Below are positions 61,825 through 64,000 of a stretch of DNA of 64,000 nt, piece by piece. The DNA is from Kofleriaceae bacterium (GTDB lineage: Bacteria; Myxococcota_A; Polyangia; Haliangiales; Haliangiaceae), in assembly GCA_046597055.1 (NCBI GenBank), contig JBKJLC010000084.1:28774-92773 (forward strand), written 5' to 3'. The translations under genes and the position numbers were made by a program. The notes under the pieces were generated by a model. The model had not been told where the DNA came from, did not search any database, and saw nothing but the letters and a program-made list of their open reading frames with translations. The stretch's first letter is position 1, and each line of letters opens with the position of its first letter.

Positions 61825-62638
61825 GTGCGCGTACGCTGGTTCAGGTTTCCCCTCGTTTCAGGCGTCGTCCTGGTCTCATCCTGTGCACCGCCGCGCACGC
61901 AGGTCTCGCCCGCCCCGCGGCGGGGGCTCGCCGCGGGCCGCGGGCGCCGAGCTGGTGCTCGAGCTGGCGCCGACCGGGGAGCTGGTCTCGTTCGGCCGGG
62001 AGGTGCGCGCCTCGGCCGACGCCTGGTCAGGGGAGTGGACGCAGTGCAGCCGCGCGCAACCCGTGCTGTTCGACGACGCTGCCGGGTGCGAGGCCGCGCG
62101 CAAGGCTGCGCGCGCGGTCGCGGTCGACCTCGTGGGCTGCGAGATCTCCGCGTGGCCGTACGAGCAGTCTGCGCGTGACAACACGCTCGCGGCGTTCGCG
62201 GCGCGGCTCGGCAAAGGCGGCGGGCTGTGGGCGATCGAGGGCGATCGTTGCCGGCGGTGGATCGTCGCCGACGGCCGCGAGGCGGCGGGCGTGGTGTCGA
62301 GCAGCCTGTCGATCCGACGCGGCGACCACGGCGGCGGCGTCGAGACCTCGTGGGGGATCGAGTACGATCCGGCGCGCCTCACGGTCGCCGTGTCTGGCCC
62401 ATCGACGAAGCGGACCGAGGGCGACAAGACAACAGTGACGGCCCTGGGCTGCTACGACACGGGCCACGTCCGCACGCGCGCGCCGCGCGAGGTCTCGCTG
62501 GGCGCCACCTTCTACCTCGACGGCAAGCGGTGCGCCGCGGCGCTCGCCCACCAGCGCGCGCGCGACCGCTGGATCGGTCGCGCGGACCGGGACGAACTTG
62601 TTGTCGCCGGTGGCCGCGTGGCTCCGGGCGGCTGCTGA
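61825..62638 (+). pseudogene. lipoprotein split by a frameshift near 61910-61930
   Basis: GTG 61825 gives VRVRWFRFPLVSGVVLVSSC (lipobox). The protein-like body AELVLELAPTGELVSFG... is in the next frame. Confidence 0.5.
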
Positions 62639-62718
62639 GCGGTGAGGCAGCCGACCTGCGCGCCGACCTGCCCGGTGGCGGAAGGCCCGGTTGGGGCACC
62701 GCAGCCGTGGCCCGTCGT

Positions 62719-63307
62719 TCACCGGTCGGGAACGTCGTGCGGATTCCCTGCCTGGATGTTTTCCATCTTCCAGGTGAGCGAGTACGCACTCGAGATTGTC
62801 AGTGTTGCTTTCTGCAGAGTGAGGAACATCTCACTGCCGTGGCGTCGCCGGCTGGTAGGCACCCAATGGATGGTCAGCTTCGCCGAGCCGCGGCCGTACT
62901 CGAGGCGGGGCTGATGGCCGGGCGGCGCGGTGTCGGCCATCACGCCGATCTGTTTGTTTACTGACCGCGTCGTGTAGTCCTTGTTGTGCCTTCGTGAAGG
63001 CGCCAAAGTACGTGAGCAGCTGCAGCACGTCGTCGACGCTGTAAGTGCGCGCTTCCAGGAACCGCGCCGCCTTGAGCAGCGACCCGAGCGTCTTGTTCGA
63101 GCGGGCGTTCTTCAGGAACACCTTGCCGCCGACGACGACCGCGCCGCTCGGTGTGCCGCTCGGGCTATCATCGTCGATGACGAAGGAAAAGTTCGAGAAC
63201 TGGCGATCGGAGGCGCGCCCGATCGGCCCGACCTTCAGGCCCTTGCTCTTGAGATGGGCGCGCAACGTGGCCTCGTCGCTGTCGGCCGCCGTTGTGGGGT
63301 TCGTCAC
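62719..63307 (-). pseudogene. frameshifted homolog of the 51879-52544 lipoprotein
   Basis: VVVGGKV..TLGSLLKA..SVDDVLQLLTYFGAF aligns to VLVHDGKV..KLGPYLDA..TAGDVTDLLYVFGAF. One extra base near 62989-62990. Confidence 0.55.
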
Positions 63308-64000
63308 GCGATCATCCGCGCGCGCCCTCTGCCTCGATGGCCATCGCCGGCGCCAGCATGTCAGGATGGTACCGTGGACGGTGAACGACCGGCGTCGGGG
63401 GGCATGCATGAGCGAGGACACGCACCTATGATGGTCGGCCGCTGCTGCATGGCCGCGGTCGCGGCCATCACCGCCGCGACGTCGAATGGCTGCGCGGTCG
63501 TCATGAGGCCGCCACCAGGAGAGTGCGCCGGCCGACACGTCGCGATCGTCGATAAGGTCGGGGCCACCGCTGCTTTCACGCTCACGGTCCTCGGGTTCGT
63601 CGGGGGGGGGAGGGGGGGATCTTCGGAGTCGACGACTCACCCAGCGAACATGGCGTGCGTGACCGCGTGATCATCTTAGGTACGCTCGCTGCCACCGGTG
63701 TTGGGTTCACGGCATCGGCGGTGTACGGGGGGCGCGCGCGGCGGCGCTGCCTTGCGAAGGTGCCGTCGCCGCCGCCGCCGCCGTTCATCCGCGCCTTCGA
63801 CCAACCACCACGCCCGCGCGTGCCCACGTGAGCCTGGCCGGCTCGAACGTGCCAGCAGCAGCGGTTGGGCCCGACGGGAATCCAGCGCCGGGCCGCTGTC
63901 GTCGTCTCATGCTGTCCGCCCACCGGACAGAACCCAACTGGGTGGGCAAGACTCGTCGACGGTGCAAGGCCTGGTGGCCATCGCGTCAGCGCAGCGTGGC

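Overview
Very GC-rich bacterial DNA, most consistent with Myxococcota (Haliangiales/Kofleriaceae-like). This is inferred from five Hanks-type Ser/Thr kinases, a myxobacterial-type sigma factor, giant TPR proteins and many lipoproteins. The first ~33 kb is mostly housekeeping and envelope genes: nudC, Sfp PPTase, yebC, xth, an ABC transporter, def, M32 carboxypeptidase, an EAL protein, glutamine synthetase, a Wzx mini-cluster, a NodC/HAS-like GT2, a hemF-like gene and an ALDH. From ~34 kb onward it is accessory, with orphan lipoproteins, gene remnants and frameshifted genes. The best candidate for an undescribed system is a set of zinc-metallopeptidase effector/lipoprotein-partner modules. (i) A coupled operon of a 553-aa HEXXH zincin, a lipoprotein and a CpXC protein (51.2-54.2 kb), with a frameshifted orphan homolog of the lipoprotein at 62.7-63.3 kb. 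(ii) A decayed M91-like peptidase C-terminus followed by a TIMP-like OB-fold lipoprotein (37.5-38.5 kb). Other notable features are an ATP-grasp ligase coupled to a metallopeptidase with four zinc ribbons, two paralogous PDZ-like/multi-TM/GAF-like Ser/Thr kinase receptors, and a pervasive TAnnnT box 5-7 nt before start codons that suggests leaderless mRNAs. I saw no tRNA, rRNA, CRISPR array or intact transposase. All family calls come from motif recognition by eye, not from database searches.
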